DNA of 64,000 bases, taken from NCBI GenBank assembly GCA_947468275.1, contig CANIKO010000002.1, forward strand, positions 105,363 to 169,362, given 5' to 3'. The first letter of the stretch is position 1; each line of letters starts with the position of its first letter. Positions 47,874-56,959 of this stretch are shown piece by piece. A program made the position numbers and the translations under genes. This stretch comes from Bacteroidota bacterium (GTDB taxonomy: Bacteria; Bacteroidota; Bacteroidia; NS11-12g; UBA9320). Under the pieces are notes generated by a model that was not told the DNA's origin, ran no database searches, and saw only the letters and a program-made list of their open reading frames with translations.

Positions 47874-49619
47874 ATGCATAAAACAAAGCACCCGATTTTT
47901 CTTCTGTTTTTTTCTAGTCTTCTTATTTTATTATCAAGCAGTCAAAGCAAGGCACAATACAACACCCTATGGATACCCGACACGCTTTCGGGGACCAATT
48001 TTAACCTGAATATCAAAGATACCTTCGCGCAAATTGTGAGCAAGGGAAACCAAACTATTACCGGAGGTATAAACGGTAAATTCTGGGGTCCGACCTTGTT
48101 CATTAAAAAAGGAGATGTGGTGCATATGAATGTTAAAAATAATCTGAATGATTCCACAACACTTCACTGGCATGGTATGCACCTGCCTGCAGTAATGGAT
48201 GGAGGTCCGCACCAGATCATTCCACCCGGCACTCTTTGGCAACCTTACTGGAAAGTGACGAACAACGCTGCAACCTATTGGTACCATCCCCATTTACACG
48301 AAATGACCATGGATCAGATCACCAAGGGATTAGGAGGATTGATTATTGTGAGAGACAGCATAGAATCTGCTTTGGCCCTGCCAAGAAAGTACGGTGTGGA
48401 CGATATTCCATTGGTATTAACGGATCGTGACTTTAACACTTCCAATCAATTTGTGGCGGTGCCTTATGGCGACAGTATGATGGTAAACGGAACGCTTCGT
48501 CCTGAGTTCTCTATTCCCGCACAGGTGGTGAGATTCAGAATTCTGAATGCCGCTATTGAACGTTCCTATAATCTTGGTTTCAGCGATAACAGGGCCTTTC
48601 TTATCATAACTTCCGACGGTGGACTATTAAATGCTCCGGTTTCTGTGACTAGATATTTATTGCATGCAGGCGAACGCATTGAAATTCTGGTCAATTGCGT
48701 TTCACAATCGGGCACTTCACTGGATTTAAAAGCCTACAATTCCACCTTGGGCAATTTTGTTGCCGGAGGCGAAGCCTTTGTCAATGGCCCCTTTGCCAAT
48801 GCATTAGGCAAAAAAGATTTTAATATTCTGCATTTAAAAATAGGTGCGATAACCGGTTCGCCAATTACAAACATACCAAGCACCCTGACCAATAATAAAA
48901 CCCTTAATGCGGCTGATGCAGTTGTTACAAGAAAAGTGACCATCAGTGACAGCGCAGGTGTTAAAGTCCCTACGATTCTCGGTCCTAATGCATTTATAAT
49001 TAACCATAAACTATTTAAGTTGGATAGAAACGAATATAATGTCCCATTGAACAATACCGAAATTTGGGAAATTACAAGTACATCCGTTTTCGGGCATCCT
49101 TTTCACATTCACGATGTGGAGTTTAATATTTTAACTGTGAACGGTGTAGCTCCGGCAGCAGCCCAAGCAGGATGGAAAGACGTGGTTTTTGTTCCTGGGA
49201 AAACAGGAACAACCCCTTCCGTTGTGAAATTCATCGCAAAATTTGATGACTATGCGGATGCCTCTCACCCGTTTATGTTCCATTGTCATATTTCATTGCA
49301 TGAAGACGAAGGTATGATGGGTCAGTTTTTAGTTACTAATTCCTCCACAGGAGTAAAAGCGCTTCAAAAATCAGAACATGCATTTATTGTTTACCCAAAT
49401 CCGGCGAACAATAAATTATATTTCCAGTTTAATAATCAAGAAATGAAAGCATATTATGTCAGGATTATTAATGAATTAGGTAAAACTATTATAATGCTCC
49501 CAAGTCCTGAGTTGGAAAAAGGAATTGATGTCAGCAGCATTGCGGCAGGTATTTATTTGATTCAGTTAACCGAATTTGGAACCAAAATATTAATAACACA
49601 AAAGTTTATTAAAGAATGA
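47874..49619 (+). CDS. Multicopper oxidase with T9SS C-terminal sorting domain
   Basis: HWHGMHLP, WYHPHLHEMT, HPFHIHDVEF, HCHISLHEDEGMMGQF give the four Cu-binding His motifs; CTD tail IVYPNPANNKLYFQF...GIYLIQL. Confidence 0.8.
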   Translation: MHKTKHPIFLLFFSSLLILLSSSQSKAQYNTLWIPDTLSGTNFNLNIKDTFAQIVSKGNQTITGGINGKFWGPTLFIKKGDVVHMNVKNNLNDSTTLHWHGMHLPAVMDGGPHQIIPPGTLWQPYWKVTNNAATYWYHPHLHEMTMDQITKGLGGLIIVRDSIESALALPRKYGVDDIPLVLTDRDFNTSNQFVAVPYGDSMMVNGTLRPEFSIPAQVVRFRILNAAIERSYNLGFSDNRAFLIITSDGGLLNAPVSVTRYLLHAGERIEILVNCVSQSGTSLDLKAYNSTLGNFVAGGEAFVNGPFANALGKKDFNILHLKIGAITGSPITNIPSTLTNNKTLNAADAVVTRKVTISDSAGVKVPTILGPNAFIINHKLFKLDRNEYNVPLNNTEIWEITSTSVFGHPFHIHDVEFNILTVNGVAPAAAQAGWKDVVFVPGKTGTTPSVVKFIAKFDDYADASHPFMFHCHISLHEDEGMMGQFLVTNSSTGVKALQKSEHAFIVYPNPANNKLYFQFNNQEMKAYYVRIINELGKTIIMLPSPELEKGIDVSSIAAGIYLIQLTEFGTKILITQKFIKE

Positions 49620-51199
49620 GAAAATTCCTAATAGGTTTTGCTTCAGTAATATGTTCCTTAAATTCCTATTCGCAGAGAAATATAGTCCTTATTATCGCTG
49701 ATGATTTAGGTACAGATTATTGTGGTTTTTATGAAGACCACCAAGACACTGTCGACATACCTAATATTAGGGCTTTGCTCAGAAAGGGTGTGCGCTTCAG
49801 CAATGCAATGTCCAATCCGGTTTGTTCTGCCACCCGTGCCGGCATTTTAACAGGGCGATATAGTTTCAGGACTGGAGTTGGTGGAATTGTTGGAGGAGCC
49901 GGCGGTTCCAATCAGTTGGATACTTCCGAAATTACAATACCGCGATTATTAAAAAAGTTTAATCCAATTATTGCAAAGGCTGATATTGGGAAATGGCATC
50001 TTCATCAGGCAATGCCAATTTCCAACCTTTTAAATCCCAATAGATTGGGATACGACCATTACGAAGGTCCTTTTATTGGTCAGTTGCCAAGCTATACCAA
50101 CTGGACAAAATATACTAATGGGGTGGCAAGCACAATAACAACCTATGCCACCACAGAAAATGTGAACAATGCAGTTACCTGGATTAAAATGCAAAATTCA
50201 AAACAATTTTTTCTTTGGTTGGCTTTTAATGCGCCTCATGCCCCTTATCATTTGCCACCTGCAGGTTTACATACCTACACTAATTTGAGTGGTACACCAT
50301 TAGATATTTCTAAAAATCCAAAATCCTATTTTAAAGCCATGCTTCAGGCGCTTGACCATGAGATTGGTCGTTTTTATGATTCATTAAAAAAAATGAATCG
50401 CTTTGACAGCACCGATTTTATTTTTATCGGTGATAATGGAAATACTACCCAAACTGCGCAAATTGCAAATACTGACAAAGCCAAAGGCACAGTTTACCAA
50501 TATGGAGTGCATGTTCCTTTTATTATTTCTGGGCCTTCAGTAGTTAATGGAGGCAGAAAAAGTGATGCTCTAGTTAATACTGCTGATATTTTCGCAACCG
50601 TACTTGATTTATTTGGAGACAAGTCATGGCCGACGCTAATACCATCAAACAAGCCGGTGGACAGCAAAAGTATTTTTCCCATTTTAAAAAACACGAGCAC
50701 AGAAATACGTCCTTGGCAATTTTGTGAAAATTTTAAATTAACACCGGATTCAACAGATGGAAAAGCCATGCGAAACAAGGAATTTAAACTCATCAAATTG
50801 GATTATGGTAAAGAAGAATTCTATAACTTAAATACTGACCCCGATGAATTAAATGATTTGTTAAAAGGAAATTTATCTTCAATAGAACAGACCAATTTCA
50901 ATTATTTGTGCAGTGAAATGACAAAATTGATTGGCAAGGGATCCTTCTGTAACAGTTCATCCGACATAAAAAATATTGTAGATCAGAAATCAGATATTTA
51001 TCCTAATCCTTTCCATGCCTATATTCACAGTGAATCCTTTACGGATCAGGACATTTATGAACTTACCGATTGTATGGGACAAATCAGATTCACCGGAAAA
51101 AACATAGAACTTCAAAATTTCTCAAACCTTCCAACAGGTGTTTATTTCCTTAAAATTTCAAACAATAAAAATCAAACCATAAAATTATTAAAAGAATAA
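49616..51199 (+). CDS. Sulfatase-family (alkaline phosphatase superfamily) enzyme with T9SS CTD; variant CSATR active-site motif
   Basis: IIADDLGTDYCGF...SNPVCSATRAGILTGRY...GKWHL...; C-terminal DIYPNPFHAYIHS...GVYFLKISN. Confidence 0.75.
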   Translation: MRKFLIGFASVICSLNSYSQRNIVLIIADDLGTDYCGFYEDHQDTVDIPNIRALLRKGVRFSNAMSNPVCSATRAGILTGRYSFRTGVGGIVGGAGGSNQLDTSEITIPRLLKKFNPIIAKADIGKWHLHQAMPISNLLNPNRLGYDHYEGPFIGQLPSYTNWTKYTNGVASTITTYATTENVNNAVTWIKMQNSKQFFLWLAFNAPHAPYHLPPAGLHTYTNLSGTPLDISKNPKSYFKAMLQALDHEIGRFYDSLKKMNRFDSTDFIFIGDNGNTTQTAQIANTDKAKGTVYQYGVHVPFIISGPSVVNGGRKSDALVNTADIFATVLDLFGDKSWPTLIPSNKPVDSKSIFPILKNTSTEIRPWQFCENFKLTPDSTDGKAMRNKEFKLIKLDYGKEEFYNLNTDPDELNDLLKGNLSSIEQTNFNYLCSEMTKLIGKGSFCNSSSDIKNIVDQKSDIYPNPFHAYIHSESFTDQDIYELTDCMGQIRFTGKNIELQNFSNLPTGVYFLKISNNKNQTIKLLKE

Positions 51200-51200
51200 C

Positions 51201-52562
51201 ATGTACAATTTAAAGAGAAAATTAATGGTGCTCAGCTTGCTTTTTACAAGCATTGCCTCAAATGCACAAACCAATCCTGCCATTCTGAATTGGCTTCAAA
51301 ACACTACAAACATAACAGGTAGACATTATGTAAAAGGCAATTCCACCGCCATTACCGATGCAACTTTAGCCAATGTTCAAAATGTTAAATACTCTGCAGA
51401 TTGGGTTTACATAAGCACCCAGGGGATTCCTGCCTATGTTACGGGACCATTTTTGGACAATAACCCATCATTGGCAACCGCCCAAAATGCAATTTTTAAA
51501 ATCTCCTTAAAACCTGTTAAAAACCCGGGAGCATTTACTGCCACCACAGGAGGAAATATTGGTATTTTTATCAATGGTGTAGCCTTGTTTGATTACCGCG
51601 ACGGAGTTTCCTGGCAAAACAGTTCAAGTTCTTTAAAAGGCGGTCCTTCAGGCGGAATTGGGGATGGTGTTTGGAACCGCGATGCCGTGGTTGGTGAAAA
51701 GTTAGGTTTTGATTGTTCCAAAGGACACCCAGCCATGGGCAATTATCATCACCACCAAAATCCAAGTGCCTTTAAGCTGGACCTTACTGTGATATCCACT
51801 GTGTGTAATTTATACGATGCTGACGGATTGTATGTCATCGATAGTACAAAACATTCTCCATTATTGGGTTTTGCTTATGATGGATTTCCGATTTATGGAG
51901 CCTATGCCTACAAAAATGCAGATGGTACCGGTGGAATTACCCGCATGAAATCGAGTTATACTTTGAGAAATATTACCAAACGCATTACGTACTATACCGG
52001 AACCAATGTAACTGCAGGTCCTGATGTTGATGCCACTTATAAATTGGGTTATTTCAGAGAGGATTACCAATACAATACCACCTCTGCTGCCACTCCCGAT
52101 TATTTGGATGAACATAACGGACGTTTTTGCAAAACCCCGGAATATCCGGATGGTATTTATTGTTATTACGCCACCGTAGATAAAAATTGGAACTCTGCTT
52201 ACCCATATATAGTTGGTCCTACTTTTTATGGAACAAAAACTGCCGCTAAAGTAACAAGCATTGCCGAAACGGTTCAAACCTTCGCTCCACCGGTGGCTAT
52301 TCAGAAACTTGAGAACAATCAAATCTCTGTTTTTCCAAATCCGAGCAGCGATTTAATTGCCGTGCAACTGAACGGTTTATCGAGAGAAAATACAACCGTT
52401 TCCCTGTATGATTTAAACGGGCGAATGATTCAAAATACTGTCATAAATCAGGGAAGTACCATTGTTTATTTCGATACCAAAACTATATATGCTGGAGAAT
52501 ATATAGTTAAAATTTCTAACGATAAGGGTTCAATTACCAAAAAGGTTGAAGTTTATAAATAA
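51201..52562 (+). CDS. YHYH-family secreted protein with T9SS CTD (paralog of 58704..60326)
   Basis: NGVALFDY, NYHHHQNP, shared motifs with the downstream YHYH protein; CTD ISVFPNPSSDLIAVQL... Confidence 0.5.
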   Translation: MYNLKRKLMVLSLLFTSIASNAQTNPAILNWLQNTTNITGRHYVKGNSTAITDATLANVQNVKYSADWVYISTQGIPAYVTGPFLDNNPSLATAQNAIFKISLKPVKNPGAFTATTGGNIGIFINGVALFDYRDGVSWQNSSSSLKGGPSGGIGDGVWNRDAVVGEKLGFDCSKGHPAMGNYHHHQNPSAFKLDLTVISTVCNLYDADGLYVIDSTKHSPLLGFAYDGFPIYGAYAYKNADGTGGITRMKSSYTLRNITKRITYYTGTNVTAGPDVDATYKLGYFREDYQYNTTSAATPDYLDEHNGRFCKTPEYPDGIYCYYATVDKNWNSAYPYIVGPTFYGTKTAAKVTSIAETVQTFAPPVAIQKLENNQISVFPNPSSDLIAVQLNGLSRENTTVSLYDLNGRMIQNTVINQGSTIVYFDTKTIYAGEYIVKISNDKGSITKKVEVYK

Positions 52563-52587
52563 TTGAATGTAATATTGATAATCAACG

Positions 52588-53070
52588 ATGAATAAAACGG
52601 CTATTAGGATAATGGTTTTTGCTATAAGCCTTTTATTTAACAATGTTGCTTTTTCTCAAAATATTTCTACAATTAGATTTGAGACTCTCCAGCAGCGGAT
52701 TACCTCAAATCCTGATACCGTTTATGTCGTTAATTTCTTTGCATCGTGGTGTGCACCCTGCATTCAAGAAATTCCTGATTTTTTGAAGTATGCTGAAGAT
52801 AATAAGAATGAGAAAGTAAGGGTGATTTTTGTGAGTCTGGATTTTAAAAAAAACATGTATGAGAGTTTGTTACCTCTGATTCAGAAATTAAATATCAATC
52901 AAACGGTTTATTTATTGGATGAACCGGACGCCAATCAATGGATAGACAAAATTGACAATACCTGGAGTGGTGTAATTCCGGCCACCCTGATACTTCATAA
53001 ATCTTCTGATTATAGAAAGTTTATACCGGCCCCCCTTACTTATAGTTTATTAAAGAAGTTTACAAAATGA
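52588..53070 (+). CDS. TlpA/ResA-like thiol-disulfide oxidoreductase
   Basis: FFASWCAPCIQEIP (WCxPC) in a thioredoxin fold; signal peptide. Confidence 0.7.
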   Translation: MNKTAIRIMVFAISLLFNNVAFSQNISTIRFETLQQRITSNPDTVYVVNFFASWCAPCIQEIPDFLKYAEDNKNEKVRVIFVSLDFKKNMYESLLPLIQKLNINQTVYLLDEPDANQWIDKIDNTWSGVIPATLILHKSSDYRKFIPAPLTYSLLKKFTK

Positions 53071-53678
53071 AACGCACCATTTTTAAAATTCAAAGCGGAC
53101 TGATTATGGTCATCTTTGGTTTCACCCTTATTAATTTTACCATCTTGGAACATGATAATGTCAAAGATTTTAAATTAAAAAATGTGGATGGAAGCTATGT
53201 TTCATTAAGCGATTATCCCGATGCCAAAGGGTTCATTATTGTTTTTACCTGCAATCACTGCCCTTTCGCTAAGCTATATCCTGCCAGATTAAACGAGTTA
53301 AATTTAAAATATAAAAAACTGGGGATACCGCTTCTGGCAATCAGCTCTACAGACACCATCGCCTATGAAGAAGATACCTATGTCAAAATGGTTGAAAAAT
53401 CAAAGAACGAATCTTTTAACTTCCCTTATTTATATGATGGGCAGCAAACGGTTGCTAAAAATTTCAAGGCACAAAAAACACCCCATGCCTATGTGATCTG
53501 GAAAGAAAAAGGGCAATGGACAATCAAATACCAGGGGGCTATTGACGATAATGGTGCTGAACCAGAAAAAGTTGAGAACAATTATATCGCACTAGCTATC
53601 GATCAACTCCTAAATAATAAGGAAGTTAAAAGAAAAGAAACTAAATCCATTGGCTGCCAGATACGCTTTAGAAAATAA
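53067..53678 (+). CDS. Thioredoxin-fold (AhpC/TSA/redoxin-like) protein
   Basis: FTCNHCPFAKLY (CxxC); translationally coupled to the preceding gene. Confidence 0.55.
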   Translation: MKRTIFKIQSGLIMVIFGFTLINFTILEHDNVKDFKLKNVDGSYVSLSDYPDAKGFIIVFTCNHCPFAKLYPARLNELNLKYKKLGIPLLAISSTDTIAYEEDTYVKMVEKSKNESFNFPYLYDGQQTVAKNFKAQKTPHAYVIWKEKGQWTIKYQGAIDDNGAEPEKVENNYIALAIDQLLNNKEVKRKETKSIGCQIRFRK

Positions 53679-53749
53679 AAATCGCTTAATTCAGGAATAA
53701 TTAAGAAATTTGTTTTGTCTATGCTTTAAAACAATTCTATTGATATGCA

Positions 53750-53755
53750 GTTAAC
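53750..53755 (+). promoter_or_regulatory. GTTAAC element 39 nt upstream of the ECF sigma-2 start (paired with 44779..44784)
   Basis: Same motif and spacing as upstream of sigma-1. Confidence 0.3.
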
Positions 53756-53788
53756 GGTTTATTCTTATACATTTGGGTTCACTTTCTG

Positions 53789-54361
53789 ATGGAAGAAAAA
53801 GAGTTGTTAAAACTTCTGATTTTAGGTGATAAACATGCATTCAACCAATTGTTAAAACTATATGGAAAAAAGGTATTAAACACTTGTTACCGTTTTCTAT
53901 TAAATGAACACGATGCTGAGGATATTTCACAGGAAGTTTTTATTGAAGTTTTTCAATCCATCCAAGCATTCAGGGGGAATTCAAAACTTTCTACCTGGAT
54001 ATACCGGATTGCCATTGCCAAATGTCTAGATGAAATAAAAAGGAAAAACAGGAAAAAGCGCATCACCTCCATCGGGAAAACATTTCATCTGGACGAAGTG
54101 GTTCACTGGATTGCAGGAGGCTCTTCTCCTGATAAATCTATCAAAGAAAAGGAAAAATTACAGGAAGTAATGCAGGCTTTAAATGCCCTTCCGGATAATC
54201 AAAGAATAGCCTTTACACTGAGTAAGATAGAAGGTTATACAAATTTAGAAATTTCTGAAATTATGAATACCACAACAGTTGCCGTGGAATCTCTGATTTA
54301 CCGCGCAAAAAAGAAAGTCAGCAAAGAATTGGAATTAATTTTAAAAAATACCCATGAATAG
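53789..54361 (+). CDS. ECF-type sigma-70 factor (module 2), paralog of 44817..45341
   Basis: ...DAEDISQEVFIEVFQSIQAF...KLSTWIYRIAIAKCLDEIK...LPDNQRIAFTLSKIEGYTNLEISEIMNTTTVAVESL. Confidence 0.8.
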   Translation: MEEKELLKLLILGDKHAFNQLLKLYGKKVLNTCYRFLLNEHDAEDISQEVFIEVFQSIQAFRGNSKLSTWIYRIAIAKCLDEIKRKNRKKRITSIGKTFHLDEVVHWIAGGSSPDKSIKEKEKLQEVMQALNALPDNQRIAFTLSKIEGYTNLEISEIMNTTTVAVESLIYRAKKKVSKELELILKNTHE

Positions 54362-54701
54362 TGCCAGAAATAAAAATAAGAATCGTCAAATGAAAAGAAC
54401 AAGCATGAATGAATCAGAAATTTTAAAGATTGTTTCTCAAAAACTTGAGGAGTTTGAAGGCTTTAAAGAAATTCAACCTTCTTCTGCCTGGAATAGCTCG
54501 ATGATACAAAAATTGAGTACTTCAAAACAAAAGCCCAAAACTACTTATAAAACAGTCTCCATTGCAGCAGCTTTTGTATTTTTAGTTTTGCTCAACTTTG
54601 GATATCTAAGCAAATTAATGAATCAAAAAGAAGAAAGGGATTTGTCGAGGAATAATGAATTAAGTATTATTTCAAAAGAGTTACTCATTATCAAGCACTA
54701 A
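54354..54701 (+). CDS. Small single-pass membrane protein (candidate anti-sigma factor)
   Basis: 115 aa, one TM (VSIAAAFVFLVLLNFGYL); overlaps the sigma gene stop. Confidence 0.35.
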   Translation: MNSARNKNKNRQMKRTSMNESEILKIVSQKLEEFEGFKEIQPSSAWNSSMIQKLSTSKQKPKTTYKTVSIAAAFVFLVLLNFGYLSKLMNQKEERDLSRNNELSIISKELLIIKH

Positions 54702-54704
54702 ATC

Positions 54705-55202
54705 ATGGACATATTCACCCAAAAAAAAGTATTAACCCGGGTCGTGATTTTTTTGGCTGCGTTAAACATTATTTCTATTGGTTTTTTATGGTATAGTTCC
54801 GGTGGTAAGAAACATGAACCACCCTTGTTTCGTGGAGGTGATTACCGCGATGTTTCGGGTATTCTGAAAAAGGAGTTGGGTTTAACAAAAAGCCAGGAAC
54901 AACAAATCAAGGATTTGCGTGCTGTCTATTTTGAAAAAGAATCGGAATTGGAAAGAACCATTCGAAGTGAAAGAGACTCCATGAATGAAGAGATGTTTAA
55001 CAAGAACACAAATGAGCCATTAATAAAATCTTTAGCCCGCAGGGTTTCTGACAATGAATATAAAATGGAGCTGATGCGATATGAACAGGCAGAAAAATTT
55101 AAATCCATTTGCACGCCTCAACAACTTGAAAAATTTGAAAATCTCGTGAAAGAAATAAGGGATTATTTTAGGCCGGATAATCAACCAAAAAGAAAAAAAT
55201 AA
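54705..55202 (+). CDS. Spy/CpxP-family (LTXXQ-motif) periplasmic protein
   Basis: N-terminal TM; LGLTKSQEQQIKDL (LTXXQ); helical, Lys/Glu-rich. Confidence 0.5.
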   Translation: MDIFTQKKVLTRVVIFLAALNIISIGFLWYSSGGKKHEPPLFRGGDYRDVSGILKKELGLTKSQEQQIKDLRAVYFEKESELERTIRSERDSMNEEMFNKNTNEPLIKSLARRVSDNEYKMELMRYEQAEKFKSICTPQQLEKFENLVKEIRDYFRPDNQPKRKK

Positions 55203-55282
55203 TATTATTAAACAGTGCCAGAAACTAAATTTTTTATCGTCTTTAACATTAAATCATACATTATCAGAATTTTTTAAAAAAT

Positions 55283-56950
55283 ATGATGCCTAAAAACAAA
55301 GCAGCCAAACCATTAATTCTTAGACTGTTCGCAATTTCACTTTTTGTCTTCACCCATGCGTTTCTTTTTGCGCAAACCAAATCCATTATTTTGGGCAGGC
55401 CTACAGATACATCTATTACGGCAAGTATTCTGTTTGATCAAAATGTAAATTATTATCTTGAATATGGCACCCAATCCGGAACTTTTTTAAAAACCACGGC
55501 AGTCTTTGCAAATAAAGCAAACACGCCCGATGAAATAGTCCTGCAAAATCTTTCACCAAATACAAAATATTTTTATAGGATTCAGTATCATCTTTTACCT
55601 ATAAGTTTTTATACTCCAACCCCTGAATACTCTTTCAATACCCAGCGGGCTAAAGGTTCTTCATTTACCTTCACCATTGAGGCTGATGAGCATTTATATG
55701 ACAAGAAAGGGGTAAAAAGCATTTATCAGTTATGTTTAAATAACCAGGCCAAGGACAAACCTGATTTTATGTTGTCTTTGGGGGATATTTTTGGAGATGA
55801 CCACTATCCATTCACCATTACTTCCGCTCAGTTGGATGCCTTGCATAAAGATTACCGGCCATTTTTGGGAAGCATCTGCCACTCTGTTCCGTTTTATGTT
55901 TGTCTCGGAAACCATGAAGGAGAAAATGATTATTACCTTGCGAAAACACCCCCTAACAATTTAGCGGTATGGGGCACGCAGTGGAGAAAGTTCTATTACC
56001 CCAATCCCTACCCAAACGGCTTTTACAGCGGAAATACAGATAATGAACCCTTCGGTATAGGCAATCCTGAAAATTACTATGCCTGGACCTGGGGCGATGC
56101 GTTGTTTGTTGTTCTGGATGTTTACCGGGACGAATGTGACACTTCCGATAAACCCTTAAATTGGGATTGGTCTTTGGGTAAACCACAATATGACTGGCTT
56201 AAAGCAACGCTGGAAGGCAGCACTTCTAAATACAAATTTGTTTTTGCCCATCATATTCGCGGACAGGGCAGAGGCGGTATTACCAATGCCAAATTATATG
56301 AATGGGGAGGTTACGACGGGAAAAACGGAACAACATATAATTTTCCAAACAAACGTCCGGGCTGGGCCAAGCCGATTCACCAGTTGTTTAAAGACAATGG
56401 TGTAAACATATTTTTCCAGGGCCATGACCATTTATTTGCTCATGAAACGATGGACGGTATTACCTACCAGGAAGTCCCCATGCCCAGTGACTCAACTTAC
56501 ATGATTGGCAAATTGGCCAATGCCAATGCTTATGTGTCGGACACTTTAGAGGGGACAGGCCATATCAGGGTGACCGTAAACCCATCTTGTATTAAGGTGG
56601 ATTTTGTTCGGGCCTATTTACCCAAGGATACACTGTCGGGCGTGCATAAAAATGGAGAAGTTGCTTTTTCATACACCATTGGAAACTGCGGTTCATCCGG
56701 AGTTATGCAGCAAACCATAGATGATTTCGTAAAAGTATTTCCAAATCCGGCCAGCAATAAAATTAGCGTTCGGTTTAAAGAAGACCCCAAAAATTATACA
56801 TTAAAACTCACCAATATCCTTGGTGAAACAGTGTTGGAAACCCGAACAAATGAACTTGATGTCAGTGGTTTACAAACCGGGGTTTACTACCTCAATATTG
56901 AGACAGGCAACAATCATTTTGTTAAAAAAGTAATCGTAAATCAAAACTAA
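55283..56950 (+). CDS. Calcineurin-like metallophosphoesterase (purple-acid-phosphatase-like) with T9SS CTD
   Basis: GDIFGDD, CLGNHEG, GHDH metal-binding motifs; CTD KVFPNPASNKISVRF...GVYYLNIE. Confidence 0.7.
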   Translation: MMPKNKAAKPLILRLFAISLFVFTHAFLFAQTKSIILGRPTDTSITASILFDQNVNYYLEYGTQSGTFLKTTAVFANKANTPDEIVLQNLSPNTKYFYRIQYHLLPISFYTPTPEYSFNTQRAKGSSFTFTIEADEHLYDKKGVKSIYQLCLNNQAKDKPDFMLSLGDIFGDDHYPFTITSAQLDALHKDYRPFLGSICHSVPFYVCLGNHEGENDYYLAKTPPNNLAVWGTQWRKFYYPNPYPNGFYSGNTDNEPFGIGNPENYYAWTWGDALFVVLDVYRDECDTSDKPLNWDWSLGKPQYDWLKATLEGSTSKYKFVFAHHIRGQGRGGITNAKLYEWGGYDGKNGTTYNFPNKRPGWAKPIHQLFKDNGVNIFFQGHDHLFAHETMDGITYQEVPMPSDSTYMIGKLANANAYVSDTLEGTGHIRVTVNPSCIKVDFVRAYLPKDTLSGVHKNGEVAFSYTIGNCGSSGVMQQTIDDFVKVFPNPASNKISVRFKEDPKNYTLKLTNILGETVLETRTNELDVSGLQTGVYYLNIETGNNHFVKKVIVNQN

Positions 56951-56959
56951 ATCTCATCG

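Noticed and set aside
47942-49054. Several minus-strand ORFs (47942..48293, 48734..49054) and a plus-strand ORF (48236..48430)
   Set aside because: They are shadow frames inside the multicopper oxidase gene, whose four copper-site motifs validate the plus-strand main frame.
50494-50796. 100-aa minus-strand ORF that resembles another minus-strand ORF at 63677..63958
   Set aside because: Both are antisense frames of the two paralogous sulfatase genes. Their similarity is just the complement of the sulfatase paralogy, not a repeated small gene.
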